From Sphagnum compactum (Eukaryota), in contig OZ234493.1 in the NCBI GenBank assembly GCA_965153455.1, forward strand, positions 31,982,213 to 32,046,212: a stretch of DNA of 64,000 bases. The letters run 5' to 3'. The notes below the pieces were generated by a model that saw only the letters and a list, made by a program, of their open reading frames with translations, had not been told where the DNA came from and did no database searches. The position numbers and the translations under genes are program-made. Below, piece after piece: positions 38,177 to 51,400 of this stretch. The first letter of the stretch is position 1. Each line of letters starts with the position of its first letter.

Positions 38177-41100
38177 TCACGCTCTATGTTTCCTTTGCCT
38201 CTTTGCCGGTCTATTGTGGAATTCTTCTATGGCTTCTTGGGCATGTTCCATATCGGACTCATTCACCCAAGATGCCTCTATGGGATGGTAACCTTTCCAC
38301 TTGACCAAGTACTCCCGCTCTCGCCCCCTTAATTGCTTTGACTTGAGCACGGCCTCCACTTCAAACTCGGGTTCATTGTGAACCAAGTCCGGAGGGGGCC
38401 TTGAGTTGTGCTCTCGATCGGGCCTTGAGGCATCACGGGCGACCGGCTTCAAAAGCGAAACATGAAATATGGGATGAACCTTAAGATTTTTCGGTAGTTC
38501 TAATTTGTAAGTGTCGGGAAATTTCTTTTCCAACACTTTGAATGGACCCGCATATGGGCCCAAGAACTTATGACTCAATCCTTCGGGCAACCGGAAGTTC
38601 TTGATGTTCAACCATACTTCATCCCCTTCTCCAAAATTCACCTCTCGACGGGACTTGTCCGCAAAACTCTTGTACCTTTTATGCGCCTTCTCAAGATTGG
38701 CCTTGGCCATCTCCCACAAGCGCCGCCTTTCTTCATCAAGTTGTGTGACCATGGGCACTTCCTCACTTGCATCATTTGGGGGTTGCCCAACCCAAGTTGT
38801 GGGCACAATTGGTGACTTGCCCGTCACCATTTGAAATGGGGTGGCCCCCGTTGCCGAATGCTCCGAATTGTTGTAACAAAATTCGGCCAACTCCAAATGG
38901 TCCACCCAATCTTGTTGATCCGCCGCCACATAATTCCTTAGGAATTGTTGGATCACCAAGTTCACCCTCTCGGTTTGTCCATCCGTTTGGGGCCGAAAGG
39001 AAGTGCTCATCTTGAGCTCGGACCCCATGCGCTTCCACAAGGCTCTCCAAAACTTGCTTGTGAACTTGGGGTCTCGGTCCGACACAATGTCCTTTGGGAG
39101 GCCATGATGCTTGAACACGTGGATGAAGAACAACCTTCCCGTCTCTTGGGCCGTGGCACTATCCTTGGTAGGAATGAAATGTGCCATCTTGCTAAACCGA
39201 TCCACCACCACCATGATCGCATCAAACCCCTTTGATGGTGGCAAACTCACCATGAAATCCATGGAGACACTTTCCCACGGCCCTTCCGGAATGGGTAATG
39301 GTCGCAACAATCCCGCTTGCTTTTTATTGAGTGCCCGGTTTTGTTGGCAAGTCAAGCAAGTCTTCACGTATTCCTCCGCATCCTCCTTCAAGTTGGGCCA
39401 ATAATAGGACTTCTTGAGGAATGTGGTGGTGCGCTTTGCACCACCGTGACCCGCAAGGGGCCCATCATGGCATTCCTTCAAAAGCACATCTCTTAGCCTC
39501 CCTTTTGGAACATAGAGCCGACTTTGCTTATACCACAAAAGTCCATCTCGCAAGTGGAAGTGGGACTTGATCCCCTTTTGAATGTCTTGCTTCCTCTCCT
39601 TGGCAAATTCATCCCGGCGGCTCCCAAGTCGAACATCCTTTTGGAACTTTGTTTCCCCCACATACACCACTTTGAGTTGGTGTTTCCGACTCAATGCATC
39701 CGGCACCACATTTTCCTTCCCGGGCTTATGCCGAATGTCCACATTGAACAAAGCCAATGTGTCTTGCCATCTCACTTGCTTTGATGACAACTTTGGTTGA
39801 GTTGCAAAGTACTTCAAGGTGACATTGTCGGTCCACACAACCACGTCCTTGGAGCCTATGTAATGGCCCCAAGTCTTGAGACAATGGATGACGGCCCACA
39901 TTTCCTTCTCATGGGTTGGCCACCTTCGCTCCGTCTCACTTAGCTTCTTGCTTTCAAAGGCCACCGGCCTTCCATCTTGCACTAGGACTCCTCCTATGGC
40001 GAAGTCGGACACATCGGAATGGATCTCAAAGTCCTTGTCAAAATCCGGCAACTTCAACACGGGCGCCTTCACCAAAATGCCCTTCAAGGTTTCAAAGGCC
40101 TCATTGCATGCCTTTTCCCATTCATAAGTTCCGGATGACTTCTTCAAAAGGTTTGTCAAAGGTGCGGCTATCTTTGCAAAGTTCTTGATGAACTTGCGAT
40201 AATAAGATGCCAATCCTAAAAAGGACCTTAAGGCGGGAACGGAGTTAGGCGGTTCCCAATCCAAGATTGCCTTCACCTTGTGGTCATCCATTTTCAAACC
40301 TTCTTGGGTGATCCTATGCCCAAGGAAGTCCACCTCCGAGACTCCAAACTCACATTTCTCGAACTTGGCATACAACTTGTTTTCTTTTAACCTTTGGAAC
40401 ACCTTACGAAGGTGCTCCGCATGCTCCTTCAAGGAGCTACTATAGATCAAAATGTCGTCTATGTAGACGACCACAAAATCATCAAGCCACTCTCGGAAAA
40501 TATCATTCATGAGGGTGCAAAATGTGGCGGGTGCATTGGTGAGCCCAAATGGCATCACCAAGAATTCATATGAACCATACCTTGTGCGGCAAGCGGTCTT
40601 TTCCTCATCCCCTTGTGCAATTCGAATTTGGTAATACCCGGAACGTAGGTCAATCCTACTAAACACTTTGGCTCCCGAAAGTCGATCAAACAAGTCATCA
40701 ATCCGAAGCAATGGATACCGGTTCTTCACGGTCACCTTGTTGAGGGCTCTATAATCCACACACATCCTCAAAGTCCCATCCTTCTTGTGAACAAAAAGGA
40801 CGGGGGCCCCATATGGTGACTTGCTAGGCTTGATGTATCCCTTTGCAAGGAGTTCTTCGAGTTGAACCTTGAGCTTTTTAAACTCTTCATGACTCATTCG
40901 ATACGGGGCCTTGGCGGGAGGTGCCACTCTCGGGACCACCTCAATGGCATGGTCCACTTGTCTTCTCGGGGGCAACTCGTCGGGCAACTCTTCGGGCATC
41001 ACATCCGGGAATTCCTCTAACACTTGCTTGATGCACTTGTGGGGGCTCACCACCTTGGTGGCCTCCTTTGGTTCAAACTCATCCAACACCCGCATCACAC

Positions 41101-42666
41101 ATAACATGCCATAGCCTCCCCCACACTCTTTTTCCAAGTTCTTTCCCAACATCAAGTGGATGGTGGTCCCACCCACACTAAGCACTTCATGTGCCTTCAC
41201 TCGCACAATCCCACTCTTGGATGGGATCCTAACTAGCCTATTGTGCCCTTCTATGAGCACATTGTTTTGTGTGATGAATTCCATTCCCAAAATGCAATCC
41301 ATTCCCCCTAAGGTGGAGACTAACAAATCCACCTTGCCTCTCCAATTCCCCAATTGGAGTGGCACATCTCTTGCTTGCAACTTGGTGGGATGGGGAATCC
41401 CATCCGCAAAGTGCACCTCTATGGGTGCCTTGAGCTCCTCCAACCGGAGCTCCATTCTTTGGGCACTTCTTGGGTTATGAAGTTGTGGGAAGCGCATGTG
41501 TCCAAAAGACATAAAACTTCCCGCTTAGAAACTTTCCCTTTTAAGAAAATAAGGTGGTTACATTCACCTTGGACTAGGCTAGCGGAAAGGGCACTTACCT
41601 TAGGAGCCCCATTCCCCGATTTGGGTTTGGGGCAATCCTTGGAGTAATGCCCCACTTCATTACAATTGAAGTATACTCCCTTGGGTTTCCCACTAGCATC
41701 TCCCTTGGGTTGGCTCACTTTGAAAGGAGCCCCCTTCTTGATAAAATTTCCTTTGGGTTTAAAACCCGAGCCTTGGAATTGTTTAGGCTTTTCCCGTTTT
41801 GAGGTGTCTTGGCCTCGGTTCCATTCCCCTTCATGGCGTGCCTTCTTATGAGGGAACTTGTTATCCCTTTTGAATCCGGACTTCTCACCACGCCCAACAT
41901 CCGAAAAGCCTTCCACTTTCATGATGGCTTCGGTTAGTGAGGCGGGCCAATTCTCCTCAAGTTTGGGTTTGGCCCAAGTGGGAAGTCCCATCACAAAATG
42001 GCACACTCGGTCTAACTCATGCATATGCCGAATCTCAAGCATGAGTTCGGAATAAGCCCTCACATATTGGCGCAAGTTGTCATTGCTCCCATTCTCAAGG
42101 TCACGAAGTTTGCATCTTGAAATGTAATCGGAATTCTTGGGAATGAATTCCAACTCAATACGTTCCTTGAAGAATTCCCATGTGTAGCCATGGGTCTTCC
42201 CTTCTTCTTGCCTCACCGTCCTCCACCATGTGGAGGCATAGCCCTTCAAATAGGATTGGGCAAGTTCCACGGCCGAATGCCGACCAACCTTGGCGGCATG
42301 AAGGTAGTCCTCCATTTCCGCAAGCCAAACATCCACAACCTTCCGATCCCGGGCCCCATCAAAGTTCCCGGGCCTAGCGGGCTTGAATCCCACACTTTTG
42401 GATGAACCTCCCTTGAGGGCCGCAACCAATTCACTAAAATCGGGCCTATTCATTTTGAGTAGGACCTCCAATTGTTCCGGGGTGAAGAGGACTCCATTTG
42501 GTTGTTCCTCTTCATTTTCATGCTCCTCAAGGCTAACACGGTCTTCTTCATCTTCGGAATGGTTTTGTTCCTCCTCCCTCATAGCTTCGGGAGGAACCTC
42601 TAGGTCTTGGGTGGGTTCTTCCACCACGGGCTCTTGGACTAGCTTGCGGGTCTTCTTTGGTGCCAT
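38177..42666 (-). pseudogene. Gag-Pol polyprotein with one frameshift near 41468
   Basis: Starts MAPKKTRK at 42666. Gag core; Zn knuckle YFNCNEVGHYSKDC (first Cys replaced by Tyr); protease [15 protein letters not shown]; RNase H; integrase HDGPLAGH...CLTC and DD35E core; GPYAGPF; chromodomain FEVEAVL...YLVKWKGY...SW. Confidence 0.93.
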
Positions 42667-42702
42667 CGGGACTCTCCAATAAGTGGATCGAGCTCTCCCC
42701 GA

Positions 42703-42714
42703 GCTCTGATACCA
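42703..42714 (-). promoter_or_regulatory. Primer-binding site complementary to the initiator tRNA-Met 3' end
   Basis: Minus strand reads TGGTATCAGAGC 2 nt after the 5' LTR. Confidence 0.92.
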
Positions 42715-42716
42715 AA

Positions 42717-43669
42717 TGACGCACTCCCAAATTCCTAGTGGACCCACTTGAGGGTCCAAGTGTGTGGCAATGCGGAAGGAGTTGGAACTTGGAGCACGCT
42801 CCCGACTTCTAGCACTAGAGGGGGGGGGTGAGAGGGGTGTGCTAGAAGTCCCGGGATAGACTAGGAAGAGTTGACAAGCTTTACTCACTCACACGGGCCT
42901 GCATGAAACCACACAAAGTGGTTAGAACTCATTCTGGGTCCTTTTGGTGTTGAGACAGCCACGGGTGAACTCGGACTCACTTTGACACACCACACCCCGG
43001 GCTCGGGAGTAAGCCACCACCTTACTCCCTATAGTATACTCTATGACTCGTTGCGGGGGTGGCATCCAAATGGCCTTTTTGTCCCGGGACTCCCAGGACT
43101 CCCGCGTGGGAGTCCCGAAATCGCGCATTTTCGGGACTCCCGCGACTTTGAAGCTTCGTAACTATCGGAGCAGACCTCCGATCGACTCGCCGTCTGAAGC
43201 AAAGTTGTAGGTCTCGTCGAGACCTTTCCAACGGTATGTCGCACGTTTTCTGCAGCCAAGTATTTCGGGTCGATTCCCGACTTTTAGTGGTCGGGAGTCA
43301 AAACTGGCGGACTCCCGGGAGTTCGACTCCCGGGCCTTCTTTTGGCCATAACTTGTGTTTCAGATGTCCAAATGAGCAATGCGAGCCCATTTTAGACATC
43401 TACACTTCAAGAGCTTTCCATTGATATAAAGAGCGCAACAAGCCATTGAGTTTTGACCCCTCAAAACGCTCTCTGAAGTTTCGGGAGTCCTTTTGGGACT
43501 CCACTCTCACCAACTCCCAACATGGGAGTTCACTTGGGAGTGTGAGGGTTCACTCCCTCACACTCTTTGCACTCCCGGGAGCATGTGATATGACTCCCGG
43601 GTCTACTTATAGGCCCGCACACTTGCGACCCCCTTGCCTTGGTCGCGAGCCAAGGCTAGGGTTGCGACA
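42717..43669 (-). repeat. 5' LTR (953 bp) of the chromovirus
   Basis: Near-identical to 29027-29363 joined to 36766-37380. Confidence 0.95.
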
Positions 43670-43674
43670 TGTGT

Positions 43675-44592
43675 GAGCACGGTCACTAAAAACCGCATCT
43701 TGGGAAAGGCATGGGAAGCCGAGCTCGCTATACTTGCTGCGGGAAAGAACTATTGGGCTAGATTCATGAAAAAATGGCTACTCAAGAATCGGCCTCAGGA
43801 GGTGGTAGGTTTTTTGCCTCCGGTTCAACCGTCGTTGGAAACGGCGCCTAAGCCTGCAACGACCTATGTGTTCCAGGCGAGGACTGCTCAATCGTCGCTG
43901 GGAACGGCTCCTGCGACAACGCACATACATTCGACCCGTCTAGCAGGGGTGAGAGGTTGGGCGGAGAGCCAAGTACTTTGGTGCAATGCGCACAACGTAT
44001 GGGTGGGAGTTCAGATGGCTAAGTTGGCTGCGTTACAACTAGTGTAGTCAGTTGGTGCTAAATCTACGACAGGAAGCCCGATCAACCAGGAGGCTGGGCC
44101 CCACCCCCTCCAGGTTTTCCCCACACGATATTGAGTGTAAAAAGGCTGAAGGATAATATGCGGCTGATTTACATTGAAAATCTCTTTACCAACTGCAAGA
44201 TTGGGACCAGCGTGCAAACAAGATACTTGCGTTTCAAGGGTATGTTGTACGAGAGCGAAAGCTATTTGTGTGACATCAGTTGCGTTCAACTACAGAAAGC
44301 TTTGGCCCGGTTTCAATGTGATAACACACAGCTTGAGGTAGTGCTAGGTGCGTGGAAGGGCGTGCCATATGTAGTGAGGCTTTGTCGAGGCTGCGATTTG
44401 GGGAAGGTTGAGGATGAAGAGCACTTGCTTCTTGTTTGTCCAAATACACAGAAAGTTAGGGAATGCTTTTGTTCGGCCTTGCCCCTCACCCACACTAACA
44501 CTCTTGTTGAGCTCATGCAGACTACGAACACGGTCGCCCTGGCCAAGTTTGTGGCATGCTGCCAGTACCAAAGGACAATATGTCCTCCATGA
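43675..44592 (+). pseudogene. ORF2 3' part of the outer LINE, with an RTEX-type Cys/His C-terminus
   Basis: ALARFQCDNTQLEVVLGAWKGVPYVVRLCRGCDLGKVEDEEHLLLVCP. Confidence 0.8.
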
Positions 44593-45358
44593 TCTACCTT
44601 TTGTCTAATGGACTCTCTGGTCCGTTTGGGACGTAAAATTGTAAACAAAAAAAAAAGAAGTATGCATGGAGACATGGAGTAGAACCCTCAACAGCAGGGC
44701 AGAGGATAAGAGACATGAGGGAAAAAAAACAAAGAAAGCAAAAAAAAAAAAAAAGGAAAAAAGGATTCGAGTGAGAACCTCATTTTTCCATTCCGGGAGA
44801 AGTTCTCTTGCCCAGTCTGCACATTCTCACATGAAGCGCGTTTACGCTTTATCCGATTCCGCCACGAACGATCTCATGGGTAGGTCTACCGCCTGGATCG
44901 GCGGGATGCCATCGAGTACGGTTGACTCTCTGGCTGTCTTCATCTGCAATCACCAGGCAACACGCAAGCCCACTGCAATAAGTTAATAATCAATTATAAG
45001 AAAACACATTAGCTGCGACTTCGACGGCTTTTGTAGCCATCAGATTCCGCCGTTTGCGTTGACTTTTGCAGCCCAGGTACAAACTGATTTAACACCCAGT
45101 TGTAGGAAGCGAAAGCTTCATACCCATTGCTGCAAAGTCGATCACTCTCACCCACACCCCCCCCCCCCCCCCCCGCCTCGCCCTTGAAAACGTCCAGGAG
45201 GAAGACGGCCGGCCGGCCCTGTGGAGCTTTCTGAAGGCACAGCGGGTGCAACTACCTACTTGAAAGGAGCGAGAAGCTTGAAGACGCCCCCCACCCGCTT
45301 CTGTTATTAGTCCCTATCACTAGCTCAGTCTACAGCTGTTGTTGAGAGTGAAGCAAAA

Positions 45359-45434
45359 ATGCCTTTCGGGGAGCTGGAAGTGTACGTGGAGGGCGCCCTC
45401 GGTATCAAAGACACTGGTATTTTTGGTGCGTCTT

Positions 45435-45487
<53 letters not shown>

Positions 45488-48400
45488 CTCTCACATATTT
45501 TTTCTCACTGCCCCACCCATCTACCTTTTGTCTCAGCTTCCTGAGAACAGTTTCTACTCTTGAGCTGCCAATTGTGATCCTCTCACATGGTCGGTACTAG
45601 TGATGACAGTGGCCACTAGAGAAGAATATATCACATGTCTGCACTCCTGAGAAAGAAAAAACTTTTCGTATGAGGTTCTTACCATGCTGCACACATCCAA
45701 GATCACATACGGAAATCTGATGCTCTACTCTTTTTCTTGTCAGATCCCAGTTGAGCTTTCCTTAAATTGGCACAATAGACCCAGGATCCTATGCAGCCAC
45801 TAGACTTCTTGTCAGATCCCACTTGAGTTTTCCTTACTTTGGCACAATAGACCCAATATCCTTTGCAGCCACTAGACTTCTTGTCAAATCCCAGTTGAGC
45901 TTTCTTTCCTTACTTGACACAATAGACCCCAGGATCCCTGAACCCAACAACCAACCCACTCCATTACTTTATCCTTCAATTGACAACACAAGCCCACAAC
46001 AATGGAGAGTGTCTTCTTTTGCTATCTGCACAGACGCATCCTAGAATATCTCCGGACTAGATCTGTCAATGTTCAGTAAAACCTCATGGATTGGTAATTG
46101 CAGACAAACTTTGTGTACCTGCTGTTGGAGCCTGAATGCATGAGCTGTAGTTCCTCATGAATAAGATCAAAAAGCATACAGTTCAGCAACTTCTGAAGTG
46201 AAGACAATATGTGAGATTGACTAGGTACATATGAGGACTTATCAGGATTGGTTTTTCTTCTTGACCACACTGTGATTTGGACTGACAACTATGTAGTTGA
46301 AATGCATGGCTGTGGTGCAGGCAAGTCAAGTCCTTACTGTGTGTTGACATGTGGTGCGCAACGGTCCAAAACTCCAATCGCCCAAGGTAGGTACAAATTC
46401 TGGAATCTTGTTGCCAAATATGCAGCTTGAATCAAATCCATCATGACGTAGTCCAGTGGCAAAAAACCAAGAAAGGAATTAAGGCCTTCAAGTAAGATGC
46501 AAAGAGGAAATGTACTTGCAATTGCAGTTCATATATCTGTGTAGTGGCAGCATCAAACTGACAGCCTTTGAACTGGTTGTGTTCAAATTCCATTACATAC
46601 AGTTTGGCTGCAAAAATTAATCCACAAGAAATAATTAGGTTTTACTTCCCATATGTGATGAGAATCAAGCCCCCCATCCAATGCTCACTGCAGATGAAGC
46701 CAACTGTTGCTATGCAGATGCAGGTGCCAATCCTTACTGGAACACAACATTCATGTTCAAGATCGACAGAAGCTGTCAAGAAATTGGCATTAAGATCTAC
46801 TGCCATAATACCCTTGCAGCTGATGATGAGCTTGCCTACACAAGGTATGCAGTCTACAACAAGCAATTTGCACAACTCTCCACAGAGCTAAATTTTTATA
46901 AAGACAGCTCCTTACAGAAATGTGACAGAAGGTTTTTAACCACAACCAATACATGCATCAATCATTGAACCTTGGAGTTTAGTCAATGGTTCTCACCCAA
47001 CTGGTTTATTGAGAGCCTTTCTTTTCTTGTTTGCTTGTTTTTTGGGGGGGGTCGTTGGCTTCATGGCTGCAGTTTATCGTTCAGGAAGATATTCTTTGAG
47101 GGCCATTTTGTGCCCCTTCAAAGTTTCAATATGCTGCGCCCTTCTGGCCACGTCGGAGGCCAGATCAGAATGTCTCTCACATTCTTCAGTGATACTCTGG
47201 TGCGAGCCTCCTTCTGCATCAAAAAACCTAAAGACTTTGGGGCAAGAAGTTAGTTGCTCCATTCTGATTTGATTGGTAAATCACTGATGTTGGCATGTTA
47301 AAATCCCAAGCTTACACTCCCTCTTCTAATCGAGCCTCATAAACCTGTGTTGCAACAGCAAACATGTTGCCTGAGATTATGTGGCTATAGTAGTCAGTTA
47401 TCAGACAGCTGCATTTGCAAAAGGATGCTAAGACATCATGATGCATATGTGTCCTGGTTGTCATTGCAATCCACTTTTCTATATCTTCATCAACTAGACA
47501 TTAAGAGATTGAGGACTCTATTAATGTTTTTTTTGTTGCATATGTTGCAGAAGCATCAACAGGGCCAGTATTCTAATCCAGAAGCCACACACCATAGAAC
47601 TGTCTCAGAACCATACAGGTCAGAATACACCCCGGAGGCTAGTCTGAGGCCCTTGGGAGGTCAACCTGCTGCTGCAAGGCCAGATTACAGATCTGACAGA
47701 GGTTATTCATCTCCAGGCTCAATCCGATCACCAGCTCCAGGTTACCCTAATCAAGTTCAGTTTCATCCTAATCAGCAGCAGATCAGTTTTGAAGATCCTC
47801 AAGACCCTCGTCAGTCTTATGACAACTATGATGACTATTGCCCTCCTCCCAACATACAAGCTAAGCCCAAAGATCAATGCTCTGTGCAACAATATGATCT
47901 TGGAGTCCAAGCAGCTCCAAGTCCTCACACTGTTGACCAGAATTCAATTCCTGGTCACATTCCAAGGCGTCATCCTGATCCTGCCTCTCGGCCCATTGTA
48001 CCACAACCTACAGGCCATAGGTCTGCAGAGCATTATGTTGATACCATTCCGGCAGAAATTACTCAACACAGAGGTCATCAACCTGGAAAAGGCCATCAAG
48101 ATCCCACCAATTCCACCAAATCAATACAACCCACAGGTAGCCATTCTGAGGAGTGTTACAATGATCCTGCTCTGGCTGCTACACCAAGGTCTAGGCCTTT
48201 AACTCATCGTCCTGAGCAAGAACAGCATGCAGCCAGTGCATACAGTTCAGTAGCAACACCACTGGCAATTTTCTCTGGTCGTGATCGGCGTCTCCCTCAC
48301 CTGCTGGAGCATGCACCACCTGGTCATCAACAGGCTCCTGGGGTTGAGCTCTCGTCTGGAGTGGCACCACCTGTGGTACAGAAAAAGGCTCAACCTGGTA

Positions 48401-51400
48401 GTCTTCCTGTTGGTGTGCAATCAAAGAGTTCTACTGATCAAAGCAGTTACAGCTCCAGAGGGACAGACAATGAAGGTCCTCTCTACCAACCCAGACGGTT
48501 TGCAAATAGGCAACAGCCCCAACCACCAACAGATCCAAAATCCAAGGACCATGGGTCAGACTCAGATGGTTGCACCAAATCCAAGAAATCAAAATCTACA
48601 ATGGTAGAGAGGTCCCAAAAGGCTCAAGCTATCTCAAGGCTGAAACAGGTTCAAGATCAGGCACGTTCACAAGGTGGTCTTCCTAAAATCCAATATCCTG
48701 TTTCTATACAACAAAAGGTTCCACTTGATGAGGCCACTTCCAGTTCCAGAGAGATGGATAATGAAGGTCCTGTCTACCGCCCTGGAAGGTTTGCAAATAG
48801 GCAGCAACAGCCTCCACTTCCAGATCTGAAATCCCAGGATCCAGGGTCAGATTCAGATAAATCTCCCCATTCCAACAAATCAAAATCATCTGACAAATCT
48901 GCACACTTGGACTCAAGAAAATCACAAGCAAGTGCAACACCAAATGTAGCAAATGAGATTCAGCAAGCTGAGGGAGATTGTACAGTCCAACCCAAGGAAA
49001 AGCTGACTGAGACTTTAGCAGAGACTCCTGAAGTTCCCACTCATCAGAGTCCAAGATTGAGAGCCTCCTCTTTCCAAAGTGTTCAAAGCAGTCAACTGCC
49101 TACAGCCCCATATGAGGAGCTTCCTACAAGACATCATCCTCATGTTGGTCATACTGGTTCAGACTCTGATGTGAAACCCAATGGATCTACAAATTCTGAG
49201 TTCCAAATATCACAAGCAAGCCCACTGCAGGCAACTACAAGTGCAAAACTTTCCTCTCAACATGTAACGCAGGAATCTCATTCACCTGTTTGTCAACCAC
49301 CTCCTGGCACTTCAGGTCAAAGCAATCAAAACAATCAATCTACCAGTGTGTCTCAACATGGCAATCAAAGTCCTCATCTTCCAGGCCTGGATGGATCCTA
49401 TTTTGATGCCGCCTCTGATGAATCCAAAAATTCTAAAGCTTCCTATACATCTGCAGCATCAAGGAGGTCAAAGACATCTAATGCTTCTGCACATTCCAAT
49501 CACTCCACTTTAGTGTTGCAATCTGCACCTGCCAAAAATCCAGCATCGAATTTTGGGGGCTCTAACCTACACAGAAGTGTTCCCTTAGGTGGTGCCTCCT
49601 CTAGCAGGACCCCAAATTCTGATGTCAGTGTTCACAAGTCCCTTTCTTTCAACAAAGAAGCAGACATTGATGGTGGAAGTGGTCCTGAGGAGGACCTTCG
49701 AAGTGCCTTGCACTTACATGTTTCTGCTTCAGAGGATGGAGATCTTGGAACTAAAACCAGAGCAGACAAGGACCCTGGAGCTTCTGAATGTGAAGATTGT
49801 CATGTCAAGGATGAAATTGGTCAATTTGATCATGTAGGTGATGGTGCAGGGTGTTCCGAGAGTAGAGATTCCCAGATCACAGGTGGAATGAGGAAAGCCC
49901 AACAAGGGGACAACGGGGAGCAGGATGAAACTACTGACATTGCAAACACTATCTATTACACCCATCCTGTCCATAAGTATGAAGTGAAAGAATATGAGCA
50001 TGAGGAGCTTGATCTCAATCAGCAGTACAAGGGCGAGTCTGAGAAGTCTAGAATTTACAAGCAAGATGAGGAGGTGGACAACAATGATCATGAACAAGAT
50101 GATGAAGACTATGAGAACTATAAGCATGAACAGGAGACTCATACTGAGGAGCAGAATGAATACTATGAGAACTATGATCGTGAACAGGAGACTCATGCAG
50201 AGGAGAATGAGGAGGAGAGTGAGGGTTATCGATATGTACCTGTTGAAGGACATTTGAGAGTACTTGGAAACTATGCTCCATACAAACAAGATCACATTGA
50301 CTATGCAAACTATGAGCATGAACAGGAAAATTCTGCAGAGGAGCTGGAGCAAGAGGAGTATGAGGAGGAGAGTGATGGTTATGCTTACACTTCTGAGGTA
50401 GTCGTACCCATTGAAGGAGATTCCAGGGCACTTGGAGAACATCCTCCTAGTGGAATTTCATCTCATGCAAAGATGGGACAAGCTCAAAATCATTACTTCC
50501 AACCAGATTCATTTTCTGGACAACGCACAGGATTGCATGGCTCATCATTCATCAGGGTTCAAAGTAACAGTCCCCAAGTTTCACAGGGGAGAATGTCCAG
50601 AGGTCCAGATCAACAGTTCCAAAGGTATCCTGCAGACAACAGCAGTCCTCACTATGAACCACAACAATCACTTCCTCACCAAGATTTTCGCAATAATGAA
50701 CCTCAGCAGCACATCTTCAGTAAGTATGAGGAAGTCCATAGGTGGCTGGCAAAGTCTAGTACTGCTGGCTCACCTCCCGATTCTCCTGATAAATCAGAAG
50801 ACTTAATGCTTCCTACTCAGGATCACATTCATCAAAGACAACCTCCACACAACCCTCATCCACAACTACAAAGACCTGTAATGTTCCATCACCTTGCTAC
50901 TCCTGATTCTCCTGATAGATCAGAAGATTTAGTGCCTCCTACTCAAGATCACATTCATCAAAGACAACCACCACACAATCCTCATCCCCAACTACGAAGA
51001 CCTGCAACATTCCATCTCCCAGTTACTCCTCATTCTCCTAATAGATTAGAAGATTTAATGCCTCCTACTCAGGATCACATTTATCAAAGACAACCTCCAC
51101 ACAACCCTCATCCCCAACTACAAAGAGCTGTAACATTCCATCAGCCTGTAACTCCTGATCAAGTTAGGCAGTACAACCGACAGGTTCCAGACCCAGCAGA
51201 GATGATGCCAAGTGAATCTTTTGATGCACCTGCAGTTGAAAAGCCACCCATCATGAGTATGGGACAGGAACTAAGGCGCAATAGTGGACTCAATGCAATC
51301 TTCAAAGGAGCATTAAAACTAGGCAAAGCTTCATTGCCTTTCCTTGGGGATGTAGCAAAAGCTGTGGTGGTACAGGAGGTCACAGGCCAACCAGTTATTA

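Larger units (their letters stand above)
29027..43669 (-). mobile_element. Full-length Ty3/gypsy chromovirus LTR retrotransposon (Galadriel/Tcn1-like) with an interrupted 3' LTR
   Basis: TG...CA LTRs, TSD CGTGT (29022-26) / TGTGT (43670-74), PBS, PPT, and gag-PR-RT-RH-INT-chromodomain order. Confidence 0.96.
24076..44656 (+). mobile_element. Decayed RTEX/RTE-like non-LTR retrotransposon (outer element), split by the gypsy insertion
   Basis: CT-rich leader, ORF1 and ORF2 remnants, short 3' UTR and an A10 tail (44647-56). ORF2 rejoins in frame when the gypsy element and one TSD copy are removed (LYYNRV|STVTKNRILGKAW). The 5' boundary is inferred and no TSD was found. Confidence 0.8.

Noticed and set aside
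41419-41512. Programmed gag/pol ribosomal frameshift
   Set aside because: The shift falls inside the protease just after the active site with no slippery heptamer. A 1-nt deletion is simpler, and nearby motifs are also mutated (DTC, YxxC).
49729-50442. 237-aa hydrophobic minus-strand ORF
   Set aside because: Antisense shadow of the Glu/Asp-rich block of the C2 gene.
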